A DNA stretch of 64,000 bases from Clostridia bacterium. Lineage in GTDB: Bacteria > Bacillota > Clostridia > Christensenellales > UBA1242. Of this stretch, positions 1 through 10,330 are shown one piece after another. Numbering within the stretch: the stretch's first letter is position 1; every line of letters starts with the position of its first letter. The stretch spans positions 135,532-199,531 of the forward strand of contig JAZUAE010000012.1 in assembly GCA_045637805.1 (NCBI GenBank). Direction: 5' to 3'. The notes under the pieces were generated by a model. It searched no databases. It was given only the letters and a program-made list of their open reading frames with translations, and was not told the DNA's origin. The position numbers and the translations under genes were made by a program.

Positions 1-3000
1 CATTTGCACTTAAAGATAAAGTAAACTCTTCATGGGCAGGTGAGACTGGAGAAGATGAGACAAAAGATATTGTTTACACTTGGAACATTGTTGTTAAAAA
101 ATATGCTAGACCTACAATAGATGCTAGCAAAAACTTTGTGTATGATAAAAGCGCAAAGAACGCTCCTGTTCTGGGTTTTGATGATCAAGCGATGAACTAT
201 ATTGCAGAATCATGTTTAACAGAGACAAATGCTGGAACATATTCGGTTATTGTTGAGCTTGACAGCACTTATGCTGGTAATATTGCTTGGGCAGAGGCTG
301 GTGACGAAACAGTATCTTTAATTTGGACAATTAGTAAGAAAATTGTTGCTAACCCAACAGCTGTTTCTAAAACTTATACATACTCAGGATCAGAGCAAAT
401 TTTTGCAATAAATGGCCTAACTGATGTAATGATTGTTAATGGTAACAAAAGAACTGACGCTGGCACAACCGAAGTTGCTGTTTCTTTAGTGAGCACAAGC
501 AACTATGAGTGGAAAACTCCGGTTGATGGTAATGTTGTTAAATTTGAATGGACTATAAATAAAAAGATTCTTACAAATCCAACAGCGGTGAATAAGATCT
601 ATACTTATACTGGATCAGAGCAAACTTTTGAAATGAATGGCATAACCGATGCTATGATAGTAAGTGGTGACAAGTTGACAAACGCTGGTTCAAGCGAAGT
701 TGCTGTTTCTCTAAATGATGCAAACAACTATGAGTGGAAAACTGCAGTTGATGGCAATGTTGTTAAATTCACTTTTGTTATCCAAAAAGCTCCAGCTGAA
801 GCTGTTGCACATAAAGTTTTATCTGGAACTTATGATCCGGACAAGACATTAGTTGATTATGTATTAGATTCAAATTATGTTTGGGTAGATAGTACAATTA
901 AACCAACTTGCGATGTTACACAGTATGCTGCGAAATATAATCCAGATTCTAGCAATTATACTGATACTACTGTATTTGTTACAATTAATGTTGCAAGAGC
1001 AACACTTGTAAAACCAGAGTTTGAGGCTCCAGACTTTACTTATGATGGAACTGAAAAAACTATTGAGTATACTGGCTTTGATGAAAACACGATGACTATT
1101 GCAAATGTGTCTAGAACAAATGCTGGAACATCTATCGCGACAGTTGCAATCAAGGATAAAGTTAACTATATGTGGGAAGACAGCACAGATGCTGATGTAA
1201 CTTTTGAATGGGAAGTTAAGAAGGCGCAAGCTGTAGCTCCTGTGGTTGAAGCAATGAGCGGAACTTATGATCCTGCAAAAACTTTAGCAGATTACGCTTT
1301 ACCTGCAGGCTTCGCATGGGTAGATCCTGAATCCACCCCAACTGTGCCTGTTAACAAGTATAATGCTAAATATAATCCAGATAGCGTTAACTATCTTGAT
1401 GCGAGTGTTGAAATTACTTTAAATATTGCTAAAGCTAATCCAACTGTACCAACAGTTGAGGCAATGAGCGGAACTTATGATCCAGCAAAAACCTTAGCGG
1501 ATTACGCTTTACCTACAGGCTTTGTTTGGGTAGACGAGGAAACTCTTCCAACAGTAGCAGTTAATAAATATGCAGCAACTTATATTCCAAGCGATATAGC
1601 TAACTACAATGTTATGAGCGCTGAAATCACAATTAACATTGCTAAAGCTAATCCAACTGTACCAACAGTTGAGGCAATGAGCGGAACTTATGATCCTGCA
1701 AAAACCTTAGCAAATTACGCTTTACCTACAGGTTTTGCTTGGGTAGACGGGGAAACTCTTCCAACAGTAGCAGTTAATAAATATGCAGCAACATATACTC
1801 CAAGCGATACAGCTAACTACAATGTTATGAGCGTTGAAATCACAATTAACATTGCTAAAGTACTTTTAACAAAACCTGACTGGAAAACAATAAGGTTCTC
1901 ATATAACAAATCAGAGCAATCTATTGAATTAAATAGCTACTTTGATAAAGATTTAATGAATATTTCAGGTAACACTGGAGTTAATGCTAACGACTATACA
2001 GCTATTGTTTCAATCAAAGACAAAGTGAACTACGCTTGGGCTGATGAAACAAATGATGATATTGAATTTGATTGGGTTATTACAAAATGCAAGCTTACAC
2101 AGCCATGGGCAATGCCTGATGGAGATGAGTTTACATATAACGGCGAAGAACACCAAGTTGTACTCTCTGAAACTTTTGATGCTGAGATAATGAACGTTAC
2201 TGGTAACAAAGCAACAGACGCTGGCACTTATACTGCTATAATTTCTATTAAAGAGGAATGCAAAGCAAACTATACTTGGATCGACTTCAAAGGAGAACCA
2301 GTGGAAGCCGATGTTGAAGTTGTTTGGGTAATCAATAAGGCAGTTGTAAACAGGCTATCTGGAACTTTTGAAACTGAATGGACAAGCGAAGAAATTACTT
2401 TTGTTCCGGAAGACTTTGACGACACAGTGTTTGATATTTCAGGAAACAAAGAAACTGAAATTAATACATACACAGCTACTATATCGCTAAAAGACACAAA
2501 GAACTATGTGTTTGATGATGGAACTTCATCTTCAACACTTGAATGGGCTATTACAAAAGCTACACCAACACTCGAATTTACCAAATCTCTTGATAAAGAG
2601 TATGATGGTTTTGGTTTGAACTATCCAAGATTTGAATTGAATGAATTGTATGAAGCTGAATTAATCGGACAGTATGGAGATGTTGTTTGTAATTTCGATT
2701 ATAAAAACTTAGACGATGAGATTTTGTATTATGCAAGCCAAATAACTGAGGTTGGAATATATAAAATATGCATGAGCTTTTTTGAAACAACTCACTTTAA
2801 ATCATTTACTGTTGATAAACAATTTTGTATATATCAAGTTGCAGATAGAAACCTTGTTAATTTCAATTTAAACTCATATCAATTCGAATATACAGGCGAC
2901 GAAATTAAACCAGAATTTACACTTACATTTAACATGACTGGCGAGCCTGTGGACCCTAGCTTATACACAGTTGAATATGTTGATAATGTAAAATATTGTA

Positions 3001-4817
3001 GTAAGGGCAAAATTGTTATTAAGTTTAACGCACCATATCGCGGAGAGATTTATGAAGAATTCCAAATTTTACCTGTAGCTGATGAAATGCTTGAAAGCGT
3101 AACAGTTGATGGACAGGTGGTAACAGGTGATACCGCTTACGTTGACACAGGCAAAGATACTGTTACTCTAACACTTAAACTAGCAGAGGCTTATAAAGAT
3201 GCTGCGGGACAGTTTTTGGTTATGGGTTCTAACTGTTATGGCGGCATTGCAATGACACCAACTGAGATTGATAATACAACCCTAACATTCACTCTTTCTA
3301 AGAACATAGCTGGCTTTGCTGTAACTTATGTAGAAAATGGAGTAGGTGCAGATGGTTGTTTGTGCACTCTTAATATTATGCCAAAAGAAGAGCTTCAAAA
3401 CGCTACATATATTGATATGAACTTTTTAAGTATAGGCGAGCATGGTATGCGCGAAAACGGTAGCTATAACTTCATTGAAATTGTAGAAGACAATGCTTTG
3501 GGTTTAAAAACAATACTTGTTAACGGTCTTGTTGGAGAGGAAAATGCTAGCAGAATTTTAGCTGAAGGGTATACTCTTTCTGAAGGTGGAATTGTGCTCA
3601 ATGTTGACGAGACAAAATTAACAATTACGCTTACAAAAGAAGATGCTGAAAACATAGTTTTAACTTATGACATTTATGATATGCGTGGTGTAGTATCTGT
3701 TCAATTGGACGAGGTTTTTGTGGATTCAATGGGAAAACCTGTATATTATTCATTTAACTCTTCTAATGAGCTTACAATCCCTAAATTTATAACAAATGGT
3801 GATACATTTAACATAACTATTAGTGATCGGGCAAGTGTTCGCGACTGGAAAGTTTATAAGGGTGACAAATTGTTCGACGAGTATGATATGGATAATGGTC
3901 GCTTAAGACATATTGAGTTTGGTGGCATTACTGAGGCTGGCAAGTATACAGTAAGGCTTTTCGTAGATGAAACTATATATGTTGATTACTATGTTAATAT
4001 CCAAGCTGTAGATGATACTCCAGCTTTCGAAATTACTTATGGCGGTAACAAATATTCATTAAATGAAACTATGACTGGTGGAATATTAATGAATTTCGGA
4101 TATGATGTTTACTTCTATATGTACTGCGGCCCAGTTGCTACGAGTGTGACTGAAATAACCATCTCAATCGATAGTATTTTAACTGATATTTTCGATAAAG
4201 ATATGCAAAAGTTTGCAAACCTTAAGGCTGCAAAACTTCAAGTTCTAAGCTCTGATGAAGGCAAATATTGTATGATTTATATCGGCTTTGATGGGGAAGT
4301 TGTGCCTTTATATATCTATCTATACAACGAGCCAGCTCAAAGTACTAGCACAAATATGGTAGACTTCACGATCGGGGACGTGGAATTTGGTTTTGATCTA
4401 GATTATACAACAACAACCGAAAATGGCTTTAATCGTTACTGGTTTGGAGATCTCTTCACATTGTATGATCCAACTGAGAAACTTGAAACTCAAAGTGTAA
4501 TAACACTTAATAAAACAATCAATCTTTCTGAAATGGGCGACTTTATGTATGGCAGGGATAATACCGTAACTGCAAAAGTTAAATTTTACAGCCAAGATGT
4601 GTTTATCTTTACTAATATGGCTTCAGTATCATCAGGTGTTGGCGCTTATACAGGAAAAGATGCGATTGAATTAGGCGTAGTGAAAGATGGTGGGGTATTT
4701 GACCCAACAGTAGACGTTCGTTATATGATTGATTTCATGATTAGTGTTTACGATATGGAAACTGGACTAAATCATAGATTCATGGTTATGCTTCGTATAA
4801 ATAACGACGTAGATTAA
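1..4817 (+). CDS. Large repetitive cell-surface protein, 5'-partial (MBG/Ig-like ~70-75 aa repeats)
   Basis: Frame 3 is open from nt 3 (FALKDKVNSSWAGETGEDETKDIVYTWNIVVKK...). It already shows the repeat motif, so the GTG at 138 in the ORF track is internal and the true start is upstream of the window. TAA at 4815-4817 is followed by a terminator. Repeats carry Y(T/S/D)G...NAGT...NY.W...W.I.K signatures typical of adhesin repeats. Confidence 0.85.
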   Translation, partial: FALKDKVNSSWAGETGEDETKDIVYTWNIVVKKYARPTIDASKNFVYDKSAKNAPVLGFDDQAMNYIAESCLTETNAGTYSVIVELDSTYAGNIAWAEAGDETVSLIWTISKKIVANPTAVSKTYTYSGSEQIFAINGLTDVMIVNGNKRTDAGTTEVAVSLVSTSNYEWKTPVDGNVVKFEWTINKKILTNPTAVNKIYTYTGSEQTFEMNGITDAMIVSGDKLTNAGSSEVAVSLNDANNYEWKTAVDGNVVKFTFVIQKAPAEAVAHKVLSGTYDPDKTLVDYVLDSNYVWVDSTIKPTCDVTQYAAKYNPDSSNYTDTTVFVTINVARATLVKPEFEAPDFTYDGTEKTIEYTGFDENTMTIANVSRTNAGTSIATVAIKDKVNYMWEDSTDADVTFEWEVKKAQAVAPVVEAMSGTYDPAKTLADYALPAGFAWVDPESTPTVPVNKYNAKYNPDSVNYLDASVEITLNIAKANPTVPTVEAMSGTYDPAKTLADYALPTGFVWVDEETLPTVAVNKYAATYIPSDIANYNVMSAEITINIAKANPTVPTVEAMSGTYDPAKTLANYALPTGFAWVDGETLPTVAVNKYAATYTPSDTANYNVMSVEITINIAKVLLTKPDWKTIRFSYNKSEQSIELNSYFDKDLMNISGNTGVNANDYTAIVSIKDKVNYAWADETNDDIEFDWVITKCKLTQPWAMPDGDEFTYNGEEHQVVLSETFDAEIMNVTGNKATDAGTYTAIISIKEECKANYTWIDFKGEPVEADVEVVWVINKAVVNRLSGTFETEWTSEEITFVPEDFDDTVFDISGNKETEINTYTATISLKDTKNYVFDDGTSSSTLEWAITKATPTLEFTKSLDKEYDGFGLNYPRFELNELYEAELIGQYGDVVCNFDYKNLDDEILYYASQITEVGIYKICMSFFETTHFKSFTVDKQFCIYQVADRNLVNFNLNSYQFEYTGDEIKPEFTLTFNMTGEPVDPSLYTVEYVDNVKYCSKGKIVIKFNAPYRGEIYEEFQILPVADEMLESVTVDGQVVTGDTAYVDTGKDTVTLTLKLAEAYKDAAGQFLVMGSNCYGGIAMTPTEIDNTTLTFTLSKNIAGFAVTYVENGVGADGCLCTLNIMPKEELQNATYIDMNFLSIGEHGMRENGSYNFIEIVEDNALGLKTILVNGLVGEENASRILAEGYTLSEGGIVLNVDETKLTITLTKEDAENIVLTYDIYDMRGVVSVQLDEVFVDSMGKPVYYSFNSSNELTIPKFITNGDTFNITISDRASVRDWKVYKGDKLFDEYDMDNGRLRHIEFGGITEAGKYTVRLFVDETIYVDYYVNIQAVDDTPAFEITYGGNKYSLNETMTGGILMNFGYDVYFYMYCGPVATSVTEITISIDSILTDIFDKDMQKFANLKAAKLQVLSSDEGKYCMIYIGFDGEVVPLYIYLYNEPAQSTSTNMVDFTIGDVEFGFDLDYTTTTENGFNRYWFGDLFTLYDPTEKLETQSVITLNKTINLSEMGDFMYGRDNTVTAKVKFYSQDVFIFTNMASVSSGVGAYTGKDAIELGVVKDGGVFDPTVDVRYMIDFMISVYDMETGLNHRFMVMLRINNDVD
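339..788 (+). repeat. Two tandem 225-bp (75 aa) coding repeats inside the surface protein
   Basis: The two units are KIVANPTAVSKTYTYSGSEQ...NVVKFEWTINK and KILTNPTAVNKIYTYTGSEQ...NVVKFTFVIQK. They are in phase and clearly homologous. Confidence 0.8.
1221..1856 (+). repeat. Three tandem 210/213-bp coding repeats (70-71 aa), the last two about 95% identical
   Basis: Units start at 1221, 1431 and 1644 (KA..VP.VEAMSGTYDPAKTLA.YALP.GF.WVD...). I count about 10 mismatches in 213 bp between units 2 and 3. A diverged fourth copy starts near 786. Confidence 0.85.
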
Positions 4818-4826
4818 TAAGTAAGC

Positions 4827-4860
4827 AAAAAGCGGCAGGGGAACCCCCGCCGCTTTTGTT
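4827..4860 (+). terminator. Rho-independent terminator
   Basis: GCGGCAGGGG-AAC-CCCCGCCGC hairpin followed by TTTTGTT. Confidence 0.8.
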
Positions 4861-4960
4861 GATTTTGCTTTAAATAAAGATCTTTGATTTAAGAAGTTTT
4901 TTATATCCTATTGACTTTAATTGTTTAAAATGGTTTAATATATAACAAAAAGAGAATAAA

Positions 4961-5431
4961 ATGAAAATTATTTTAGAAAATAACGATAAAATTTCTTTTA
5001 AACAAGTCTACAAGATAGCTAGTAAGCAAATGTGGGGAGACAGGGAAATTACAATATATGAAACAGAATGCAGATGTTCAATCATCGACGGTAATGCGTA
5101 TAATGCTGGAAACATTGCAATGAATTGTGGAGATGAAAAAGTTAAAGACATGACAGCTGAGGTTTTATTTGCTGAAATCTGTAACACACAAAAATATGGG
5201 GTTGCGCATGATATCGTTGACTATATTGCTAAGTTGTCAGGTTTTGAAATGTATAAGGAAGAAGAACAAGGGAGTGTTATAAATATTAAATCCGGCAAAG
5301 ATGGTATTATGTTGGAAATTAACAACCAAACATTCACTCCTGAACAATTAAAAAAATCAGCAATAAATTTTAAAAGTGGTCAAGGAAATGATTTGGATTC
5401 TAACTTGATAAACTCAGAACCAAATTTTTAA
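4961..5431 (+). CDS. Hypothetical protein (156 aa)
   Basis: Intact ORF between two terminators, with ATG start and TAA stop. No recognisable motif. Confidence 0.6.
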   Translation: MKIILENNDKISFKQVYKIASKQMWGDREITIYETECRCSIIDGNAYNAGNIAMNCGDEKVKDMTAEVLFAEICNTQKYGVAHDIVDYIAKLSGFEMYKEEEQGSVINIKSGKDGIMLEINNQTFTPEQLKKSAINFKSGQGNDLDSNLINSEPNF

Positions 5432-5477
5432 ACGAATTTCTATAACAATTAATGATTTTTAAAATTTTCGGGCAGAT

Positions 5478-5510
5478 TAAAAAATGTCGCAGCGTTGCGA
5501 CATTTTTTTA
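5478..5510 (+). terminator. Rho-independent terminator
   Basis: ATGTCGCA-GCGT-TGCGACAT hairpin followed by a T7 run. Confidence 0.8.
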
Positions 5511-5664
5511 TTTAATAATAATCCGTAAACTTTTTTAGATTTGAAGTTGTGTGCAGTGTTGTATAAATTTGTTAAGTTTTCGTTTGCGTTTACGCTTTGA
5601 GATTTGATATAATGTAAGTATAAATGGGCGCTGTGGCGCATAAAAACGAATTTTAGGGGATAAT

Positions 5665-7641
5665 ATGGCTGAAAAGAAAACAGAAGTTAAAAAGAAAAGT
5701 TATGACGCGAAAGATATACAAGTCCTAGAAGGCTTAGACGCTGTTCGTCTTCGTCCTGGTATGTATATCGGTACTACCAGTCAAAAGGGTTTGAATCATT
5801 TGCTTTGGGAAATTGTGGATAACGCTATCGATGAGGCGGCTAACGGTTTTGCAACACGAGTGATGGTTACAATCAACAAAGACGGCTCTGCAACTGTTGA
5901 AGATAATGGTCGTGGTATTCCTGTAGATATGCACCCAACACTTAAGGTTTCAGCTGTTGAAGTAGTTTATACACAGCTTCATGCCGGTGGTAAATTTAAC
6001 AATGAAAACTATTCGTTCTCGGGCGGACTTCATGGTGTTGGCGCGAGCGTTGTAAATGCTCTCTCTGAGTGGCTCAAAGTTGAAGTTTGCCGTAATGGTA
6101 AAAAATACGAGATAGAGTTCGAGAGTAAGGAAGATAAAAAGGGCAAGATACGTGGCGGCGTGCCACTTTATCCATTACGCGAAGTGGGCAAGGCTGTAAC
6201 TACTGGAACAAGAGTTACATTCAAGCCTGACGGCAGAATATTTGAAACAACTGAGTTTGATTTCTCTAGCATTAAAAAGCGTTTAAAAGAGCTTGCGTTC
6301 TTAAACAAAGGCTTAGAAATTGTTTTAACTGATGATAGGGACGATGAAAAGCCACTCACTTATTCATACAAGTATGACGGCGGTATTGTCGATTTTGTTA
6401 AGTACTTAAACGATTCGAAAACCACACTTTATTCTGAGCCTATTTATCTAGAGGGCGAGTCTAACGGGATACGTGTTGCGTGTGCTATTCAGCACACAAC
6501 AGATTACAATGAAGGCGTGTTCTCTTATGTTAACAACATTCCTACTAGCGAAGGCGGTATGCATGAGGTTGGTTTCCGCAGTGCTATTACTTCTATATTT
6601 AATGAGCAAGCTAGAAAGACGGGTGCTTTAAAAGAAAAAGATGCAAATCTTCTCGGTGATGACTTCCGTGAAGGTCTTACTGCTGTCCTCGTTGTACACA
6701 TGAAAAATATCCAGTTCGAAGGTCAAACAAAGGCAAAACTTGGTAGCCCAGAGGCACGTCCTGCTGTTGAAGGCGTTGTTAAGGCTAAGCTTAACGAGTT
6801 CTTTGGTGGCCGCGGAACGGGTAAGACATTGTCTTCAATTATTGATAAGGCTATGGGTGCGGCTAAAGTTCGTGAAGCGAGCCGTAAAGCTAAAGAAATG
6901 GCTCGTCAAAAAAACAGCATTGAAAACTTGACACTGGTTGGTAAACTTGCAAGCTGTACGAGCAAGAACTATGCAAACAATGAGCTTTTCATAGTTGAGG
7001 GTGATTCGGCTGGTGGATCTGCTAAGCAGGCTCGTGATAGGCATTTCCAAGCAATTTTACCACTTCGTGGTAAACCGCTTAATGCTGAGAAAAAGCGTAT
7101 AGATCAAGTTCTCCAAAATGAAGAGTTTAGAACACTTATTTCGGCACTTGGTGCTGGCATAGGTGATGACTTCAAGGTTGATAACCTAAAATATCACAAG
7201 GTAATCATTCTTGCCGATGCTGACCAAGATGGTGCGCACATTAGAGCTATACTTTTAACATTTTTCTATAGATATATGAAAGAGCTTATAACTGAGGGGC
7301 ATGTTTACATAGGTATGCCTCCACTTTACCGTGTTTCTAAGCGCGATGTTCATGAGTATGTATACTCAGACGCAGAGCTTGCAGAGGCTACAGCAAAAGT
7401 GGGTAAGGGTTATGAAATCCAACGCTATAAAGGTCTTGGTGAAATGGACCCTGAGCAGCTTTGGTCTACAACTATGGATCCAACCGAGCGTACACTCGTT
7501 AGGGTTAACATAGATGACGCAGCTAACGCTGAAAAATTGATTGCAACTCTCATGGGTGACAATATTGAAGCGCGTAAAGCATACATTCAAGAGAATGCCG
7601 ATTTTAACAAAGTAGATAACTTTAAGGCGAAAAGAGGATAA
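5665..7641 (+). CDS. parE: Type IIA DNA topoisomerase subunit B (ParE-like; GyrB not excluded)
   Basis: GHKL ATPase motifs (LEGLDAVRLRPGMYIG, EIVDNAIDE), Toprim EGDSAGGSAKQ, PLRGKPLN and DADQDGAHI; 658 aa. The ParE subtype is inferred from the ParC-type partner downstream. Confidence 0.9.
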   Translation: MAEKKTEVKKKSYDAKDIQVLEGLDAVRLRPGMYIGTTSQKGLNHLLWEIVDNAIDEAANGFATRVMVTINKDGSATVEDNGRGIPVDMHPTLKVSAVEVVYTQLHAGGKFNNENYSFSGGLHGVGASVVNALSEWLKVEVCRNGKKYEIEFESKEDKKGKIRGGVPLYPLREVGKAVTTGTRVTFKPDGRIFETTEFDFSSIKKRLKELAFLNKGLEIVLTDDRDDEKPLTYSYKYDGGIVDFVKYLNDSKTTLYSEPIYLEGESNGIRVACAIQHTTDYNEGVFSYVNNIPTSEGGMHEVGFRSAITSIFNEQARKTGALKEKDANLLGDDFREGLTAVLVVHMKNIQFEGQTKAKLGSPEARPAVEGVVKAKLNEFFGGRGTGKTLSSIIDKAMGAAKVREASRKAKEMARQKNSIENLTLVGKLASCTSKNYANNELFIVEGDSAGGSAKQARDRHFQAILPLRGKPLNAEKKRIDQVLQNEEFRTLISALGAGIGDDFKVDNLKYHKVIILADADQDGAHIRAILLTFFYRYMKELITEGHVYIGMPPLYRVSKRDVHEYVYSDAELAEATAKVGKGYEIQRYKGLGEMDPEQLWSTTMDPTERTLVRVNIDDAANAEKLIATLMGDNIEARKAYIQENADFNKVDNFKAKRG

Positions 7642-7656
7642 AAGGAGGAAAGAAAA

Positions 7657-10242
7657 ATGAGTGAACATGATGAAAATGAAATCTTAAATTCAAGTGAAAA
7701 TTTAGACAGCCTTCTTGATGGCCTTGACACAAAAATTGAAAACATGACCGAGGGTATGGCCGAGGAAGAAAAGAAAGAGAATAAGAAGAAACTCAAAGAG
7801 CAAATTTTAGTTCAGGCTGGTCTTGGTAAAAACGTACTTGAAAAAAACATTGACGTTGTTATGCATGAGTCAATGATGCCATACTCTGAGCACGTTATTA
7901 TGGATCGTGCTCTTCCACGCGTTGAGGACGGACTTAAGCCTTGCCAAAGACGTATACTTTACTCAATGCATGAGCTTTCTCTTACACCAGATAAGCCATT
8001 TAGAAAATGTGCTAAAATCGTCGGTGACGTTCTTGGACGTTATCACCCTCACGGTGACTCGTCAGTTTATGGTGCGCTCGTACGTATGGCGCAAGACTTT
8101 AACATGAAAGAACGCTTGGTTGACGGACATGGTAACTTTGGTTCTATCGATGGTGATGGGGCTGCAGCTTATCGTTATACTGAGGCGCGTCTTTCACCGA
8201 TTGCTCTTGAAATCTTGAAAGATATCGATAAAGATACGGTTAAATGGCAATTAAACTTTGATGATACATTAGAAGAGCCTGTAACTCTTCCTTGCCGTTT
8301 TCCTAATCTCTTGGTTAATGGCGCAAACGGTATTGCTGTAGGCTTGGCTACTAACATTCCTACACACAACCTGTCTGAGGCTGTGTCTGCCTGTGTTGCG
8401 CTCATCGATAACCCTGACATGGATCTTGATGAGATTATGAAATATATTAAGGGACCAGATTTTCCAACAGGTGGATATATAATTGCGGGTGAGGAACTTA
8501 AGAAAGCGTATGAGACTGGTAAAGGCAAGATTATTATGCGTGCTAGAATCCATGTCGAGGGCAATGGAAACGATAAGAAAAATATCGTAATCGATGAAAT
8601 TCCATACCAAGTAAACAAGGCTTCACTTCTTGAAAAAATTGCGGAACTTCGCGAGAGTAAAAAAGACATACTCGGTTCTATTTATGAGGTTTGTGATGAA
8701 TCTGATAGAAATGGTATGCGTGCCGTTATTCGCGTTAAAAAGGACGCTGACGTAAACGCGATTATTAACTATTTAATGAAATATACTGACCTTCAGGCAA
8801 CTTTTGGTATAAACATGGTTGTTATTGCTGACGGTAAACCTCAACAATTAGGTTTAAAAGATATTTTAACCTACTACATAAATTATCAACGTGACGTTGT
8901 TTATCGCAGAACTAAGTTTGAACTTGACCAAGCAAAAGAACGTCAACATATTTTGCAAGGTTTAGTAATTGCTGTTCGTAATATTGATGAAGTTGTTGCT
9001 ATCATTAAAAAATCTTCATCAACTAGCGAGGCAAAGGTTAGACTTCGTGAGCGTTTTGACTTATCTGATCGTCAAGCGCAGGCTATTTTAGATATGCGTC
9101 TTGCACGCCTTACAAGCCTAGAGATTATTAAGCTTGAAACTGAACTTCTTGAAATTGAGGAATTAATACGCAAGCTTACAGCGATTGTATCTAGTAAACG
9201 TGCTCAATTCGAAGTTGTTAAAGATGAAATGCTTGAAATTCGTAAGAAATATAAAGAGGCAAGAAAATCAGAAATTATTACAAACGTGGAAGAATACTCA
9301 ATCTCTAGCAGCAACACTGCACGTCCTGCTGAAAACGTTGTTATTTCAATTTCAGACAAGGGCAATATTAAGAGTATGACGGCACGTCACGTAGCTGGTG
9401 TGGGTAAGGCTTGGACAGATAGATCGGGTGCGCATGAGGCATACACTTGCCTGCTTCAAACTGTGTCAAATAAGCAGCTTTTATTCTTCACAAATATAGG
9501 TAATGCTTATAAGATTGATGCAAGCATTATCCCTGACCTGAAATGGCATGATAAAGGACCACTCCTTGAAAAGATATTGCCACTCGCTGGAAAAGGTGAA
9601 AAAGCGGTTAAAGTTATTGAGCTTGACGGCGATCTTTCTAAACAACCTGACCTGTTATTCTTTACCTCTTGTGGCATGATTAAAAAGTCTGCAATGAGCG
9701 AATATAACTTATCTAAGACTGGATATCAAGCTGTTAAACTTAAAGAAGGCGACGAGCTTATTAATGTTGAGCTTGACAAGCCTGACACAACTCTTTTATT
9801 TATAACAGAACAAGGCATGGCGCTTAACTGTGAAAAGAGCGATATTCCTCTTCAAGGCAGGGTGTCAGGCGGAGTTAAAGGCATGATGCTTTCAGACTCA
9901 GACAAAGTAGTATTTGTTTCTCAAATAGAAAAGAATGCGAGTGTAATCGTTGCATCTAACACCGCTTATGCTAAATGTGTAATGACTGGAGAAATTGATG
10001 TTTTAGCAAGGTATAGAAAAGGCGTTAAGATTTTTGATCTTAAGGGTGACGCAACTAGCGGCTCTAGAGTTGTTGGTGCTGGTCTTAAAAAGGACGAAAA
10101 CACTGATGTTGTATTTATAATTGATGAAACCGACTCGGCTTGTATAAACGCGTCTAACATTCCAGAAGATACAAGAACAAGTAAGGGCTCTAAAGTGAGC
10201 GTTGAGAATAAACTAATACAAAAAATAGTTGTACGTAATTAA
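7657..10242 (+). CDS. parC: Type IIA DNA topoisomerase subunit A (ParC-like) with ~58 aa acidic/Lys-rich N-terminal extension
   Basis: Active-site region [21 protein letters not shown] has Gln as in ParC KPVQRR, not GyrA KPVHRR. I found no GyrA box (QRRGGKG) in the C-terminal domain. AAGGAGG RBS lies 7 nt before ATG 7657, 15 nt after the subunit B stop. Confidence 0.88.
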   Translation: MSEHDENEILNSSENLDSLLDGLDTKIENMTEGMAEEEKKENKKKLKEQILVQAGLGKNVLEKNIDVVMHESMMPYSEHVIMDRALPRVEDGLKPCQRRILYSMHELSLTPDKPFRKCAKIVGDVLGRYHPHGDSSVYGALVRMAQDFNMKERLVDGHGNFGSIDGDGAAAYRYTEARLSPIALEILKDIDKDTVKWQLNFDDTLEEPVTLPCRFPNLLVNGANGIAVGLATNIPTHNLSEAVSACVALIDNPDMDLDEIMKYIKGPDFPTGGYIIAGEELKKAYETGKGKIIMRARIHVEGNGNDKKNIVIDEIPYQVNKASLLEKIAELRESKKDILGSIYEVCDESDRNGMRAVIRVKKDADVNAIINYLMKYTDLQATFGINMVVIADGKPQQLGLKDILTYYINYQRDVVYRRTKFELDQAKERQHILQGLVIAVRNIDEVVAIIKKSSSTSEAKVRLRERFDLSDRQAQAILDMRLARLTSLEIIKLETELLEIEELIRKLTAIVSSKRAQFEVVKDEMLEIRKKYKEARKSEIITNVEEYSISSSNTARPAENVVISISDKGNIKSMTARHVAGVGKAWTDRSGAHEAYTCLLQTVSNKQLLFFTNIGNAYKIDASIIPDLKWHDKGPLLEKILPLAGKGEKAVKVIELDGDLSKQPDLLFFTSCGMIKKSAMSEYNLSKTGYQAVKLKEGDELINVELDKPDTTLLFITEQGMALNCEKSDIPLQGRVSGGVKGMMLSDSDKVVFVSQIEKNASVIVASNTAYAKCVMTGEIDVLARYRKGVKIFDLKGDATSGSRVVGAGLKKDENTDVVFIIDETDSACINASNIPEDTRTSKGSKVSVENKLIQKIVVRN

Positions 10243-10268
10243 AAAAAGCGGGTAGACCCCGCTTTTTT
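10241..10268 (+). terminator. Rho-independent terminator
   Basis: AGCGGG-TAGAC-CCCGCT hairpin with flanking A and T runs. Confidence 0.8.
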
Positions 10269-10330
10269 AATTGACCTTAAAATTTTATATTGTTATAATA
10301 ATTTTATAAAAGTAGGAGATTATTGTCTTT

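Noticed and set aside
5665-10242. Calling the topoisomerase pair gyrB/gyrA
   Set aside because: The A subunit has Gln in KP.QRR and lacks a GyrA box, and the locus is not next to dnaA/dnaN/recF. ParE/ParC is therefore preferred, but this is inference and a whole-genome paralog check is needed.
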